From positions 1 through 62,481 of IMG/VR virus record IMGVR_UViG_3300030103_001665: a stretch of DNA of 62,481 nt. One strand, written 5' to 3'. This DNA comes from a virus. Taxonomy: Duplodnaviria > Caudoviricetes. Each line of letters opens with the position of its first letter. Positions within the stretch are counted from its first letter, which is position 1. Of the stretch, positions 37,193 through 46,749 are shown piece after piece. Under the pieces are notes generated by a model. The model worked only from the letters and a program-made list of their open reading frames with translations. It searched no databases and had not been told where the DNA came from. A program made the position numbers and the translations under genes.

Positions 37193-37504
37193 ATGGCAGG
37201 TATAATTAAAGGTAGTATTAATTTATCAGAAATACCTAAGGATAAAATTATTCCAGGTAAAAAAGGTAAATATCTACCAATATCAATTACGATAAACGAT
37301 GAAATCGATCAGTTCGGTAACTTCGGTCCAATCATAGTTGATCAATCAAAAGAGGAAAGAGAAGCTAAAGTTGCTAAGAAATATCTTGGTAATGTTAGAG
37401 TTGTATGGAGCAACGGAACTTTTCCTGAAGCACCAAAACAAGGTGCACCAGCTCCAGCACTAAAAGCTGCAGCAGTAAAAGTAGAAGACGATTTACCATT
37501 TTAA
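37193..37504 (+). CDS. Single-stranded DNA-binding protein
   Basis: OB-like GKKGKYL...YLGN and acidic C-terminal EDDLPF tail. Confidence 0.75.
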   Translation: MAGIIKGSINLSEIPKDKIIPGKKGKYLPISITINDEIDQFGNFGPIIVDQSKEEREAKVAKKYLGNVRVVWSNGTFPEAPKQGAPAPALKAAAVKVEDDLPF

Positions 37505-37514
37505 ATTAAATTAA

Positions 37515-39230
37515 ATGCAAGTAGAACAATACGAGATTAATGGATTTGCTATTGATACATTCAATCAGCATGGCCTAGAAGTTGGCAAGAAACAAGGGAC
37601 GTGTCCTTTGTGCTCACATACTAGGAAACCTAAGAATCAGAAGCTTAAATGTGCTTCTTATGATTGGGAACGGGGTCTCGGAACTTGTCACAATTGTAAT
37701 TCTACTTTTCAATTACATACATATAACCGTAAGGGATCAAACGAAAAGGAATATGTAAGGCCAGAGATGACTAAATATCTTTGTGTAAAAGATAAAACTC
37801 AACAATGGTTTGAAAGTAGAGGTATAACTCAACAGACCTTGGACGATCTTAAAGTTGGTCAAGGTCTTGAGTATATGCCACAAACTGGCAAGCAAGAGAA
37901 CACAATACAATTTAACTATGTAATTGGTAATCAACTTATTAATGTAAAATATAGAGACGGTAGAAAAAACTTTAAATTATATAAAGGTGCTGAAAAAATA
38001 TTTTATAACATTAATAGTGTTGTAGGATATGACAGTTGCGTTATAACTGAAGGAGAAATGGATGTATTAGCTTTGCATGAAGCTGGTGTAAAAAATGCTA
38101 TATCAGTTCCTAATGGCGCAACATTAAGTCATAACAATTTAGATTACTTAGATAATTGTATAGATTATTTTGATGATAAAACAAAGATAATACTAGCATT
38201 AGATACTGATGATCCAGGTTTAGCATTAAGAGCAGAGTTAGTTAGAAGACTAGGTGCTGAAACTTGTTATCTTGTAGATTTTGAAGACTGTAAAGATGCT
38301 AATGAATATCTTATAAAATATGGTAAAGAAAAGCTTAAACAAGTTATTAGTAAAGCAAGATCTTATCCATTAGAAAATGTAACCACATTTAAAGATATTG
38401 AAGGAGATGTTAAAGACTTTGTTAAAAACGGTTTTAAACCAGGTTATCAAGTAGGTTTATCAAACTTTGATGCAATATTTAGTACATATACTAGTCAGTT
38501 TATAACTGTTACTGGTATACCAAGTTCTGGTAAATCAGATTTTGTAGATCAAATGGTTGTAGGTTATAATAAAAACTATGGTTGGAAAACAGGTTTTGCT
38601 TCACCAGAAAACAGTCCTAATTATTTGCATGCTCATAAATTGATGCGTAAATGCTGGGGTAATATGCCTGAAGTAGAAGATATTGATTCAGATAAATGGA
38701 AAGAAGTTGGTAGTCATGTTAATGATAATTTCTTTTTTATTGATATGGATAAGTATAGTCTTGAATCAGTGTTACGTAAAGGTGCTGAGCTAGTTAAACG
38801 TAAAGGCATTAAATGCTTAGTCATTGACCCTTTTAATAAAGTTAGAGATAAAAACGCTAGCTCCTTAGATGTTAATACATATACTATGGAGTATTTAACT
38901 AAAATAGAAAACTTTGCTAAAAAGTTTGATGTATTAGTTTTTATTGTGGCTCATCCAACTAAAATGTATAAAGATAAAGACGGACAAATTGAAGAACCAA
39001 ATATGTATAACATTAAAGGTGGTGGTGAATGGTATGATGCTAGTTACCACGGTATATTAGTTCATAGAGATTATGATGCTAAAACAGTTAAAGCAAAAGT
39101 ACTTAAAGTTAAGTTTCAAAACCTTGGTGAAAATGGTGCTGAAGCTCATTTTAAATGGGAACCAAAATCAGGCTCATTTATACCACATGTCATAGATAAA
39201 ATTAAAGATGAACCAATGCCTTGGGAATAA
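37515..39230 (+). CDS. T7 gp4/Twinkle-like primase-helicase
   Basis: Zn ribbon CPLC...CHNC, TOPRIM ITEGEMD and LDTDDPG, Walker A GIPSSGKS, Walker B LVIDP, IVAHP. Confidence 0.92.
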   Translation: MQVEQYEINGFAIDTFNQHGLEVGKKQGTCPLCSHTRKPKNQKLKCASYDWERGLGTCHNCNSTFQLHTYNRKGSNEKEYVRPEMTKYLCVKDKTQQWFESRGITQQTLDDLKVGQGLEYMPQTGKQENTIQFNYVIGNQLINVKYRDGRKNFKLYKGAEKIFYNINSVVGYDSCVITEGEMDVLALHEAGVKNAISVPNGATLSHNNLDYLDNCIDYFDDKTKIILALDTDDPGLALRAELVRRLGAETCYLVDFEDCKDANEYLIKYGKEKLKQVISKARSYPLENVTTFKDIEGDVKDFVKNGFKPGYQVGLSNFDAIFSTYTSQFITVTGIPSSGKSDFVDQMVVGYNKNYGWKTGFASPENSPNYLHAHKLMRKCWGNMPEVEDIDSDKWKEVGSHVNDNFFFIDMDKYSLESVLRKGAELVKRKGIKCLVIDPFNKVRDKNASSLDVNTYTMEYLTKIENFAKKFDVLVFIVAHPTKMYKDKDGQIEEPNMYNIKGGGEWYDASYHGILVHRDYDAKTVKAKVLKVKFQNLGENGAEAHFKWEPKSGSFIPHVIDKIKDEPMPWE

Positions 39231-39479
39231 ATGCCACGAAAGAAAGATGTAATGGGACAATATATGCCTAGCGAAAAAGATAGAGAAGCTTACGCTTGGT
39301 GTATAAACAACGGAATATATATATCACCGTTTGCAAATGGAGAAGGAGCTTGGTATATAGAAATTAAAATGAATAATAAAATAAATAGATCTCCATTAAC
39401 ATATGGTCCAGTTTCAATATGGATACAGATGTATGAGTTCTATAAATACTATTATAAAAAATATGCGCAGAAAATTTAA
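39231..39479 (+). CDS. Hypothetical protein
   Basis: 82 aa. Confidence 0.65.
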   Translation: MPRKKDVMGQYMPSEKDREAYAWCINNGIYISPFANGEGAWYIEIKMNNKINRSPLTYGPVSIWIQMYEFYKYYYKKYAQKI

Positions 39480-40104
39480 AAATGCAGAAGAAGCTTATAA
39501 TTATTTTCTAGATAAGATTATAATTGAAGGTGTTACATTTGGTGATACTAAAGCTTTATTTAATGTAGGTTTTACAATGGAAAATCCATTAGATAACCAC
39601 ATTATTAATAAAGAACGTAATTGGAAACTAGACTATGCTGAGGCTGAATGGCAATGGTATTTGTCTGGTGATCCTAATATTAAAAAACTAGGAGAAATAT
39701 ATGGTAAAATACCTGCTATATGGGAACGTATGGCTGATAGTAAAGGATATGTTAATTCTAATTATGGTTGGCAATGGCAGCGTTATGATCAAATAGATTA
39801 TGTTGTTGCAAAACTTAAAAATGTAAAAGATACAAGACATGCCGCAATATCTATTTATGATGCAAAAGAACATGATAGTTATGCTAAAGATACACCTTGT
39901 ACTTACGCGGTTCAGTTTACAATATTAAACAATAGACTAAATATGGCTGTTCTAATGCGTTCTAATGATCTCTGGTATGGTTTCTGTAATGACCAATACC
40001 AATTTAGTAACTTACAAAAATTAATTGCAGATAAATTAGATATTAAAGTTGGTGAATATTATCATTATGCACACAACTTGCATCTCTATAATAATAAATT
40101 ATAA
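39463..40104 (+). CDS. Thymidylate-synthase-fold enzyme, probably dCMP hydroxymethylase/methylase
   Basis: Start MRRKF; catalytic PC, NSNYGW, RSNDLWYGFCND (Asp at the specificity position), HLY. Confidence 0.75.
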   Translation: MRRKFKNAEEAYNYFLDKIIIEGVTFGDTKALFNVGFTMENPLDNHIINKERNWKLDYAEAEWQWYLSGDPNIKKLGEIYGKIPAIWERMADSKGYVNSNYGWQWQRYDQIDYVVAKLKNVKDTRHAAISIYDAKEHDSYAKDTPCTYAVQFTILNNRLNMAVLMRSNDLWYGFCNDQYQFSNLQKLIADKLDIKVGEYYHYAHNLHLYNNKL

Positions 40105-40106
40105 AT

Positions 40107-40892
40107 ATGTATTATTTATATCACATTCCTGGTAAAAAGATTGGTGTTACGTGTAATCTTAATAAAAGAGTTACGTTAACGCAGGGTTATAACCCAGATG
40201 AATATGAAGTTCTTGATCAGTCCGATGATATAGATTATATATCAGAGAAAGAGATAGAACTTCAACAGTCTTATGGCTATAAGATAGATCGTAAAAAATA
40301 TAATGAACTATTTAAATTTAATAAAAAAATGAAAATAAACGTAACAGAACAAACTACTACGTTTCCATGTCCAGTTAATAAATTAAAAGGACAACTGTTA
40401 GATAATATAGGTATGGAGTGGGAGACCGAACATGGTACTTTACATATCACAGAGAAAACAGTTCCTTGGATAATGAAAAACGTTAAAACATCTATGTATA
40501 ACAACAATAGATGCTACGTGTATAATAAAGCTTTTGCAAGATTATACGATAATAATAATTTGTTTTCAGAACCAATAATGGTTCAATGTGAAGATGATGC
40601 AATGTTTAGTAGAATTAGAGAATGGGCACAGGATAGAGGATTATACGATAAGGGTAATGCTCATACTCAATATGTAAAGCTTCAAGAAGAAGCTGGTGAA
40701 TTAGCTAAAGCATTACTTAAAGAAGACAAACCTGAAATTATAGATGCTATTGGAGATATGGTTGTTGTATTAACAAATTTGTCACACATGCAAGGTGTTA
40801 CAATAGAACACTGTATTGATAGCGCTTATAAAGTTATTAGTAAACGAACAGGTAAAATGATTAACGGAACATTTGTAAAAGATGAAAATTAA
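40107..40892 (+). CDS. MazG-like NTP pyrophosphohydrolase with N-terminal extension
   Basis: C-terminal EWAQDRGL...KLQEEAGELA...DAIGDMVVVL; N-terminal YYLYHIPGKKIGVTCNLNKR. Confidence 0.8.
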   Translation: MYYLYHIPGKKIGVTCNLNKRVTLTQGYNPDEYEVLDQSDDIDYISEKEIELQQSYGYKIDRKKYNELFKFNKKMKINVTEQTTTFPCPVNKLKGQLLDNIGMEWETEHGTLHITEKTVPWIMKNVKTSMYNNNRCYVYNKAFARLYDNNNLFSEPIMVQCEDDAMFSRIREWAQDRGLYDKGNAHTQYVKLQEEAGELAKALLKEDKPEIIDAIGDMVVVLTNLSHMQGVTIEHCIDSAYKVISKRTGKMINGTFVKDEN

Positions 40893-41178
40893 AACTAAAG
40901 ACAAGATAGTACAAACTGTACTAAGGAAGATGGACGAACGTAGTTTAATAGGCCAAAAGAAATATGGAGCTACAATGATGCAAGAAATTGAAGGTCAAGA
41001 AAAAGATCTTAATCGTTTTCTAATTGATGTACAAGAAGAATTAATGGATGCATTATTATATATTGAAGCAGCTAAACGCTGTTTAACTGATGAAATAGAA
41101 GAATGCATGATCAATAGACAAAAAAGTTTTAATGATAACATTTCAAATATCGAAGTATACGATGAAAAAGAGTTATAA
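40882..41178 (+). CDS. All-alpha NTP-pyrophosphatase-like protein
   Basis: RSLIGQKKYG...QEELMDALLY (EExxD motif). Confidence 0.55.
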   Translation: MKIKTKDKIVQTVLRKMDERSLIGQKKYGATMMQEIEGQEKDLNRFLIDVQEELMDALLYIEAAKRCLTDEIEECMINRQKSFNDNISNIEVYDEKEL

Positions 41179-41602
41179 AAGAAAACGTGGACCTGTACAA
41201 GCAAAAAAGGTAACATATGATGGTATCAAATTTGCTTCAGGTCTTGAGCGTTATATGTATCAAGCTTTAAAAAAAGCTAAAATCAAAGCTACTTATGAAG
41301 GAAAAACATTTGAAATCGTAAGTGGTTTTGAGTTTGATACCACTTGTATTGCTAGATCAGCAAATGGAAAAGGAGATTATAAAGATAGAGGTAATAAGAA
41401 AATACTACCTATTAAATATACTCCAGATTTTATTGGTTGTAACTTTATAATAGAATGTAAAGGTAGAGCTAATGAGTCGTTTCCATTACGTTGGAAGTTG
41501 TTTAAAAAACATTTAAAAGATAACAATATAGATACAACCCTATATAAACCACAAAATCAAAAAGAATGCGACAGAACCGTAGAGTTAATCCTAAACTTGT
41601 AA
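41162..41602 (+). CDS. T7 endonuclease I-like PD-(D/E)XK nuclease
   Basis: FASGLE...YTPDF...IIECKG. Confidence 0.8.
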   Translation: MKKSYKRKRGPVQAKKVTYDGIKFASGLERYMYQALKKAKIKATYEGKTFEIVSGFEFDTTCIARSANGKGDYKDRGNKKILPIKYTPDFIGCNFIIECKGRANESFPLRWKLFKKHLKDNNIDTTLYKPQNQKECDRTVELILNL

Positions 41603-41739
41603 AAGTAACAGCTAGAAATAACTATCGTGATCGTCAAGTAGACAAATGGTGGAAATGGTCATGGGAACAAAGAGGAAAAATTAAATATAAAGAACTTGTG
41701 AAATATCAAGATAAATATAAATTAAAAGTTTATGGATAA
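41566..41739 (+). CDS. Small basic Trp-rich protein (57 aa)
   Basis: Not in track; MRQNRRVNPK...DKWWKWSWEQRG... Confidence 0.55.
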   Translation: MRQNRRVNPKLVKVTARNNYRDRQVDKWWKWSWEQRGKIKYKELVKYQDKYKLKVYG

Positions 41740-41878
41740 AGAAAAATGGAATTGGTCTTTGTCAATAGGTTTTTATCCAGGTATATTATTTGGATTAAGA
41801 GCTTACGAAGAAGAACAAAGTATAACCTATGTGTTGTATGTACCTTTAGTAGATATAGCATTAGAATTACCTTATTAA
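41732..41878 (+). CDS. Small hypothetical protein (48 aa)
   Basis: Not in track; MDKEKWNWSLSIGFYPGILFGLRAY...LYVPLVDIALELPY. Confidence 0.6.
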   Translation: MDKEKWNWSLSIGFYPGILFGLRAYEEEQSITYVLYVPLVDIALELPY

Positions 41879-41879
41879 T

Positions 41880-42848
41880 ATGAGTTTATTTAAAGAAAGA
41901 ATACCTTACAAACCGTTTGAATACCCAATATATTACACAGAAGGTTGGTTAAAACAAGCGCAGGCATTTTGGTTACATACAGAAATACCTATGTCAGGTG
42001 ATGTAAAAGACTGGAACGAAAAATTAACACCAGAAGAAAAAAACTTAGTAGGAAATATACTATTAGGTTTTGCTCAAACTGAATGTGCAGTATCTGATTA
42101 CTGGACACAAAAAGTCGTATCATGGTTTCCAAAACATGAGATACAGCAAATGGCTATGATGTTCGGCTCACAAGAAACAATACATGCTGTAGCTTATAGT
42201 TATTTAAATGAAACACTTGGACTTGAAGATTTTGAAGCGTTTTTACACGAACCCGCAACTGCGGAGAGATTTGATAACCTGGTTGGTTATGACGGCTCTG
42301 ATCCTGTGGGGATTGGTAGAAGCTTGGCTATATTTTCTGCTTTTGCAGAAGGTGTTAGTCTTTACAGTGCTTTTGCTGTTCTTTATTCTTTTCAGTTACG
42401 TAATCTTCTCAAAGGAGTAGGACAACAAATGAAATGGTCTGTAAGAGACGAATCATTACATAGTAGAATGGGTTGTCAACTATACAGACATATGTGTGAA
42501 GAAATACCAGATCTTAAAAACGATTGTAAAGAAGATATATATACAGCAGCTAAAATCATGGTTGATCTTGAAGAAAAATATATTGACAAAATGTTTGAAA
42601 TGGGTGATATTGAAAACTTAAAATCATATGACTTAAAACAATTTATTAGAAAAAGAACAAATGAAAAGCTACAAGAACTTGGTTACTCAGACAAAAGAAG
42701 ATTTTTCAACTATGACAAGGACGCAGCAGCGAATCTTGATTGGTTCTATCATCTTACTGGGGGTCACACTCACACTGACTTTTTTGCGATTAGGCCAACT
42801 GACTATAGTAAAGCAAATGAAGGAGAAGATTTTGAAGACATATGGTAA
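41880..42848 (+). CDS. nrdB: Class I ribonucleotide reductase, beta subunit
   Basis: QETIHAVAY, AEGVSLYSAF, RDESLH diiron motifs; HTDFF C-terminus. Confidence 0.93.
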   Translation: MSLFKERIPYKPFEYPIYYTEGWLKQAQAFWLHTEIPMSGDVKDWNEKLTPEEKNLVGNILLGFAQTECAVSDYWTQKVVSWFPKHEIQQMAMMFGSQETIHAVAYSYLNETLGLEDFEAFLHEPATAERFDNLVGYDGSDPVGIGRSLAIFSAFAEGVSLYSAFAVLYSFQLRNLLKGVGQQMKWSVRDESLHSRMGCQLYRHMCEEIPDLKNDCKEDIYTAAKIMVDLEEKYIDKMFEMGDIENLKSYDLKQFIRKRTNEKLQELGYSDKRRFFNYDKDAAANLDWFYHLTGGHTHTDFFAIRPTDYSKANEGEDFEDIW

Positions 42849-43111
42849 TGACAAGAAAAAGAAGATGGAGGTATAGATTATTGAAATTTTTAAGATATAC
42901 AAATAAATTAACTAGTTACCAGAAGTTTGCATCACGTGTAGGATATATGGGTGCTGCATTTTTAATAGCTGGTCAATGGACATTAGATCCTAGGTTATTT
43001 ATAATAGGATTTTGTTGTGTGATTGTACAGGTATCATCACGTAAACAATGGAACTTAGTTGCACTAAACTTAAATGGTTTAGTAGCATGGATAAATCATT
43101 TTTTAAAATAA
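42842..43111 (+). CDS. Small multi-pass membrane protein
   Basis: Basic N-terminus followed by three hydrophobic segments. Confidence 0.6.
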   Translation: MVMTRKRRWRYRLLKFLRYTNKLTSYQKFASRVGYMGAAFLIAGQWTLDPRLFIIGFCCVIVQVSSRKQWNLVALNLNGLVAWINHFLK

Positions 43112-43114
43112 ATT

Positions 43115-43351
43115 ATGGCACAAAATAAATTAAAACAAAAAGTAGAATCATTAACAAAAGTTGTACAAGCTTTAATAAAAGAACTACAACACAATGTAAG
43201 CATGGCTCAAGGAACATTAACAGCTTTTCAATTACACGTAGGTAAAGAAGAGTGGGAAAAAATTGTAGAAGAATTAAAAGACGTAGAAAAAAGAAAACAC
43301 GCAGCAGCCGCTGGTATTAACGAAAAAAAATTAGACTTAGATGTGGAATAA
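43115..43351 (+). CDS. Hypothetical coiled-coil protein
   Basis: 78 aa. Confidence 0.65.
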   Translation: MAQNKLKQKVESLTKVVQALIKELQHNVSMAQGTLTAFQLHVGKEEWEKIVEELKDVEKRKHAAAAGINEKKLDLDVE

Positions 43352-45035
43352 TGAATGGATTAAAGGAGTAGATTATCCTGAATGGGGAGATAATGAAGTT
43401 TATAAAAAAACAATAGGAGGAGGTTATTTATATAATGAAGAAACACCTAAAGAAGCTTATAAAAGAGTTTCAAAAACAGTTGCAAGAAGGTTACAAAAAC
43501 CTGAAATGGCTGATTCATTTTTTAATTACATTTGGAAAGGTTGGCTTTGCTTGGCTTCGCCGGTTCTTTCAAATACTGGGACTGATCGCGGGCTTCCTAT
43601 CAGTTGCTTTGGTATTGATGTTGCTGACAGTATTATCGATATTGGACAGAAGAACTTAGAGATGATGCTACTCGCTAAACACGGCGGTGGAGTTGGTATC
43701 GGTATAAATCAAATAAGACCCGCCGGAGCTAAAATAACAGGTAATGGAACAAGTGACGGAGTTGTACCTTTTTGTAAAATATATGATTCAACTATACTCG
43801 CAACGAATCAAGGATCTGTCAGAAGAGGAGCTGCATCAGTTAATATCAACATTGAACATGACGATTTTGAAGAATGGCTCGAGATTAGAGAACCAAAAGG
43901 AGATGTCAACAGACAGTCTCTTAACTTACATCAATGCGCAGTCGTCGGTGATAAGTTCATGCGAAGACTTACTTCAGGAGATCAGAACGCAAGAAGAAAA
44001 TGGGGTAAACTCTTACAGAAACGTAAAGCAACTGGTGAACCTTATATTTTATTTAAAGGAAATACAAATAAGCAAAACCCAACAGCTTACAAAGAAAACG
44101 CATTAAAAGTACATATGACAAACATCTGTAGTGAAATAGTTTTACATACAGATGAAAATCACTCATTCGTTTGTTGTCTATCTAGCTTAAACCTAGCTAA
44201 GTATGACGAATGGAAAAATACAAATATCATTTATGACTCAATATGGTTTTTAGATGGTGTGCTTGAAGAATTTATACAAAGAGCTAAATACAGAAAAGGT
44301 TTTGAAAACTCTGTAAGGTTTGCCGAAAAAGGTAGAGCATTAGGTCTTGGTGTACTTGGTTGGCACACTCATTTACAAGAAAAAGGTTTACCATTTGAGG
44401 GTTTATTATCACAATATGAAACTAGAAGAATTTTTAGTCAAATCAAAATTGAATCTGAAAGAGCTAGCATGGCTCTTGCTGATGCTTATGGAGAACCTCT
44501 TTGGTGTGTTGGTACTGGTTTTCGTAATACCCATTTACGCGCTATTGCTCCCACTGTTAGTAATAGCAAACTTTCTGGAAATGTTAGTCCCGGGATTGAA
44601 CCCTGGGCAGCTAATGTATTCACGGAGCAATCTGCTAAAGGTACGTTTATTAGGAAAAATCCTACGCTTGTTAAAGTTTTGGAAGAAATAGGAATAAATA
44701 ATAAAGAAACATGGGACAAAATATTGGCAGATGGTGGTTCGGTACAGGATATAAAAGAATTAGACGAAGATACCAAAGAAGTATTTAAAACATTTAAAGA
44801 GATTAATCAATTAGAATTAGTTAGGCAAGCTGGTATACGTCAGCAATATATAGATCAAAGTGTAAGTCTTAATTTAGCATTTCCACAAGAAGCAAACCCT
44901 AAATGGATAAATCAAGTTCATTTAGACGCGTGGAAAAAAGGTGTTAAAACTTTATACTATATGAGAACAGAGTCCGTTCTTCGTGGAGATATAGCTAATA
45001 AAGCTATGGAAGACTGTGTAGCCTGTGATGGATAA
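43341..45035 (+). CDS. nrdA: Class I ribonucleotide reductase, alpha subunit (short, no ATP cone)
   Basis: PISCF, TNICSEI, APTVSNS, DQSVSLN, KTLYY, C-terminal CVAC. Confidence 0.95.
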   Translation: MWNNEWIKGVDYPEWGDNEVYKKTIGGGYLYNEETPKEAYKRVSKTVARRLQKPEMADSFFNYIWKGWLCLASPVLSNTGTDRGLPISCFGIDVADSIIDIGQKNLEMMLLAKHGGGVGIGINQIRPAGAKITGNGTSDGVVPFCKIYDSTILATNQGSVRRGAASVNINIEHDDFEEWLEIREPKGDVNRQSLNLHQCAVVGDKFMRRLTSGDQNARRKWGKLLQKRKATGEPYILFKGNTNKQNPTAYKENALKVHMTNICSEIVLHTDENHSFVCCLSSLNLAKYDEWKNTNIIYDSIWFLDGVLEEFIQRAKYRKGFENSVRFAEKGRALGLGVLGWHTHLQEKGLPFEGLLSQYETRRIFSQIKIESERASMALADAYGEPLWCVGTGFRNTHLRAIAPTVSNSKLSGNVSPGIEPWAANVFTEQSAKGTFIRKNPTLVKVLEEIGINNKETWDKILADGGSVQDIKELDEDTKEVFKTFKEINQLELVRQAGIRQQYIDQSVSLNLAFPQEANPKWINQVHLDAWKKGVKTLYYMRTESVLRGDIANKAMEDCVACDG

Positions 45036-45039
45036 TAAT

Positions 45040-45067
45040 AAAGGGGAACTCGATTGAGCTCCCCTTT
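45040..45067. terminator. Bidirectional terminator between convergent blocks
   Basis: AAAGGGGAACTC-GATT-GAGCTCCCCTTT. Confidence 0.8.
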
Positions 45068-45112
45068 GGTTACAGGATCTTCGGGTATGGTACGCCCGTT
45101 ATATTTTGATCC

Positions 45113-45733
45113 TTAACATCTCCATCTTGCTCTTGCAGCTCTACCTCTTTCTCCTGTCCAACCTTTTGATCTAGCACAAAATGATTTTCTTCTAGCTTTT
45201 TCTTTTTCACTCAACTCACTAACTGGTCCAGTTACAGCTGTTTTTAAATTGCTACCAGGATTTTTTCTTTTATATTCTTTAACACCAGCTTCAGTCATAC
45301 CGGCTCCTTCTTCTACTGTTCTAAAATTACGACCTTTACCTTTAGTGGTTTTAGCGGGTTCTTTAGATGATTTTCTAGTAGGAGCACCACATTCTTCACC
45401 AGTCTTTACATTAACCCAGTTTTCCTTTTCAAACCAGTCTTTTAATGTGGCTCCTTTTTTACGAGCTCCACTTACTTCTGACTGTTGAGATCTTTCTCTT
45501 CTACCTGATCTACCAGCTGATTCTTTAGCTCTAATAACTTTTTGCCTTTGTTCTTCACTCATGTTATTTACCTTAGATTTAGGTAAACAAACCTTAGTTG
45601 TACCACCACCTTTTGTAGCTTTAGCTGGTGATGATTTTCTACAACTACCTTTAGCACCTGGTTGTGTGCCTGGAACTCTTTCATAACCTTTCCAACAGTT
45701 AAGTGGTGATATGTTTCTATACGGATGTGCCAT
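45113..45733 (-). CDS. Basic modular protein with SP-motifs
   Basis: SPLN-CWKGY..., SSPAKA..., LKDWFEKENWV, RRKSFCARS modules. Confidence 0.7.
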   Translation of the reverse strand: MAHPYRNISPLNCWKGYERVPGTQPGAKGSCRKSSPAKATKGGGTTKVCLPKSKVNNMSEEQRQKVIRAKESAGRSGRRERSQQSEVSGARKKGATLKDWFEKENWVNVKTGEECGAPTRKSSKEPAKTTKGKGRNFRTVEEGAGMTEAGVKEYKRKNPGSNLKTAVTGPVSELSEKEKARRKSFCARSKGWTGERGRAARARWRC

Positions 45734-45735
45734 TA

Positions 45736-46749
45736 TTATTTCTTTTTACCTACGCCCCAATTTGAAGCTCCTCTTTTTCTACATTGAACTAATTGACCTG
45801 ATGCATAAGCGCTTGGCCAAACCTTTACAGCTGCTTTTACTTTATGATAACACGCATCTTTTTCACCTTTTTTTTTTAATGGAGACATCTTTAATTCTTT
45901 TAACTCTTTTTTACGCATAAAGTAATTGCTTCTAGGTTTATCAGCTTCGTAATGTGATTTTCTTTCCTTCATTGTAGTTCCATATAAAACAGAGGTTTTT
46001 AATTTCTCATCTTTTTTTTTTACTGGTTTTTTCTTTGCAAAAGGATCTATGTTTAATGGAGACATAGATGATTTTCTATTTGGAGCTAATTGCCATTTTT
46101 TAATTCCAGTTAGATCTTTTTCCTCAGCATCATTAGTAGGTATAAGTCTTAACTTCTTTTTAACAACATCATAATATTTTTCTCCTTTTTCCATATCATA
46201 TTCTTTTTGACCATCCGGTTTTTTAAGATATAATTCTTTTTCTCTTTTCCAAGCGTTTGATGCTGCTATACTATCATTTTCAGTAGCTGCTAACGGAGTA
46301 GCGTGCGGCATTTTAAATGTACCTATATTTTCTCTCATTTTTTCATTATGTTTAATTCCTTCTTTATTACCAGTTGTTCCTGGACTATTATATTTTCTTA
46401 CTTTACCCCAACCACCTGAGTGCATCATTTCTGAATCACAGTGATTAAATGGTGAAGATGATTCTCTTTTAAGTGCTGCTTTTAAAAATTTATAACCTTT
46501 ACTTAATCCTTTTGCAGCTAATCCAGCGGGTGCAAATGTTGTTGCAGCTTCTAATCCTAATTCCCATGGTTTTACCTTCTTATCACCGTCCCAATCTAAA
46601 TAATTTGTAACACGGTCAATAATTTTTTCACCTAGTTTTAATTTTTTTTTGTATGAACTTGGATTTTCTAATTTTCTTTTTTGAGTCATATTAGTACCCG
46701 GATCTCTATTTGCCCATTTAGCATCTGAATTTAACGGTGATTTTTTCAT
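45736..46749 (-). CDS. Basic modular protein with SP-motifs
   Basis: SPLN, SPFN, TPLA, SPLN, SPLK; last module KDACYHKVK...WPSAYASGQLVQCRK. Confidence 0.7.
   Translation of the reverse strand: MKKSPLNSDAKWANRDPGTNMTQKRKLENPSSYKKKLKLGEKIIDRVTNYLDWDGDKKVKPWELGLEAATTFAPAGLAAKGLSKGYKFLKAALKRESSSPFNHCDSEMMHSGGWGKVRKYNSPGTTGNKEGIKHNEKMRENIGTFKMPHATPLAATENDSIAASNAWKREKELYLKKPDGQKEYDMEKGEKYYDVVKKKLRLIPTNDAEEKDLTGIKKWQLAPNRKSSMSPLNIDPFAKKKPVKKKDEKLKTSVLYGTTMKERKSHYEADKPRSNYFMRKKELKELKMSPLKKKGEKDACYHKVKAAVKVWPSAYASGQLVQCRKRGASNWGVGKKK

Noticed and set aside
39463-40104. Ordinary thymidylate synthase (thyA)
   Set aside because: Asp rather than Asn at the specificity position and gp42-like motifs, so the symbol was withheld.
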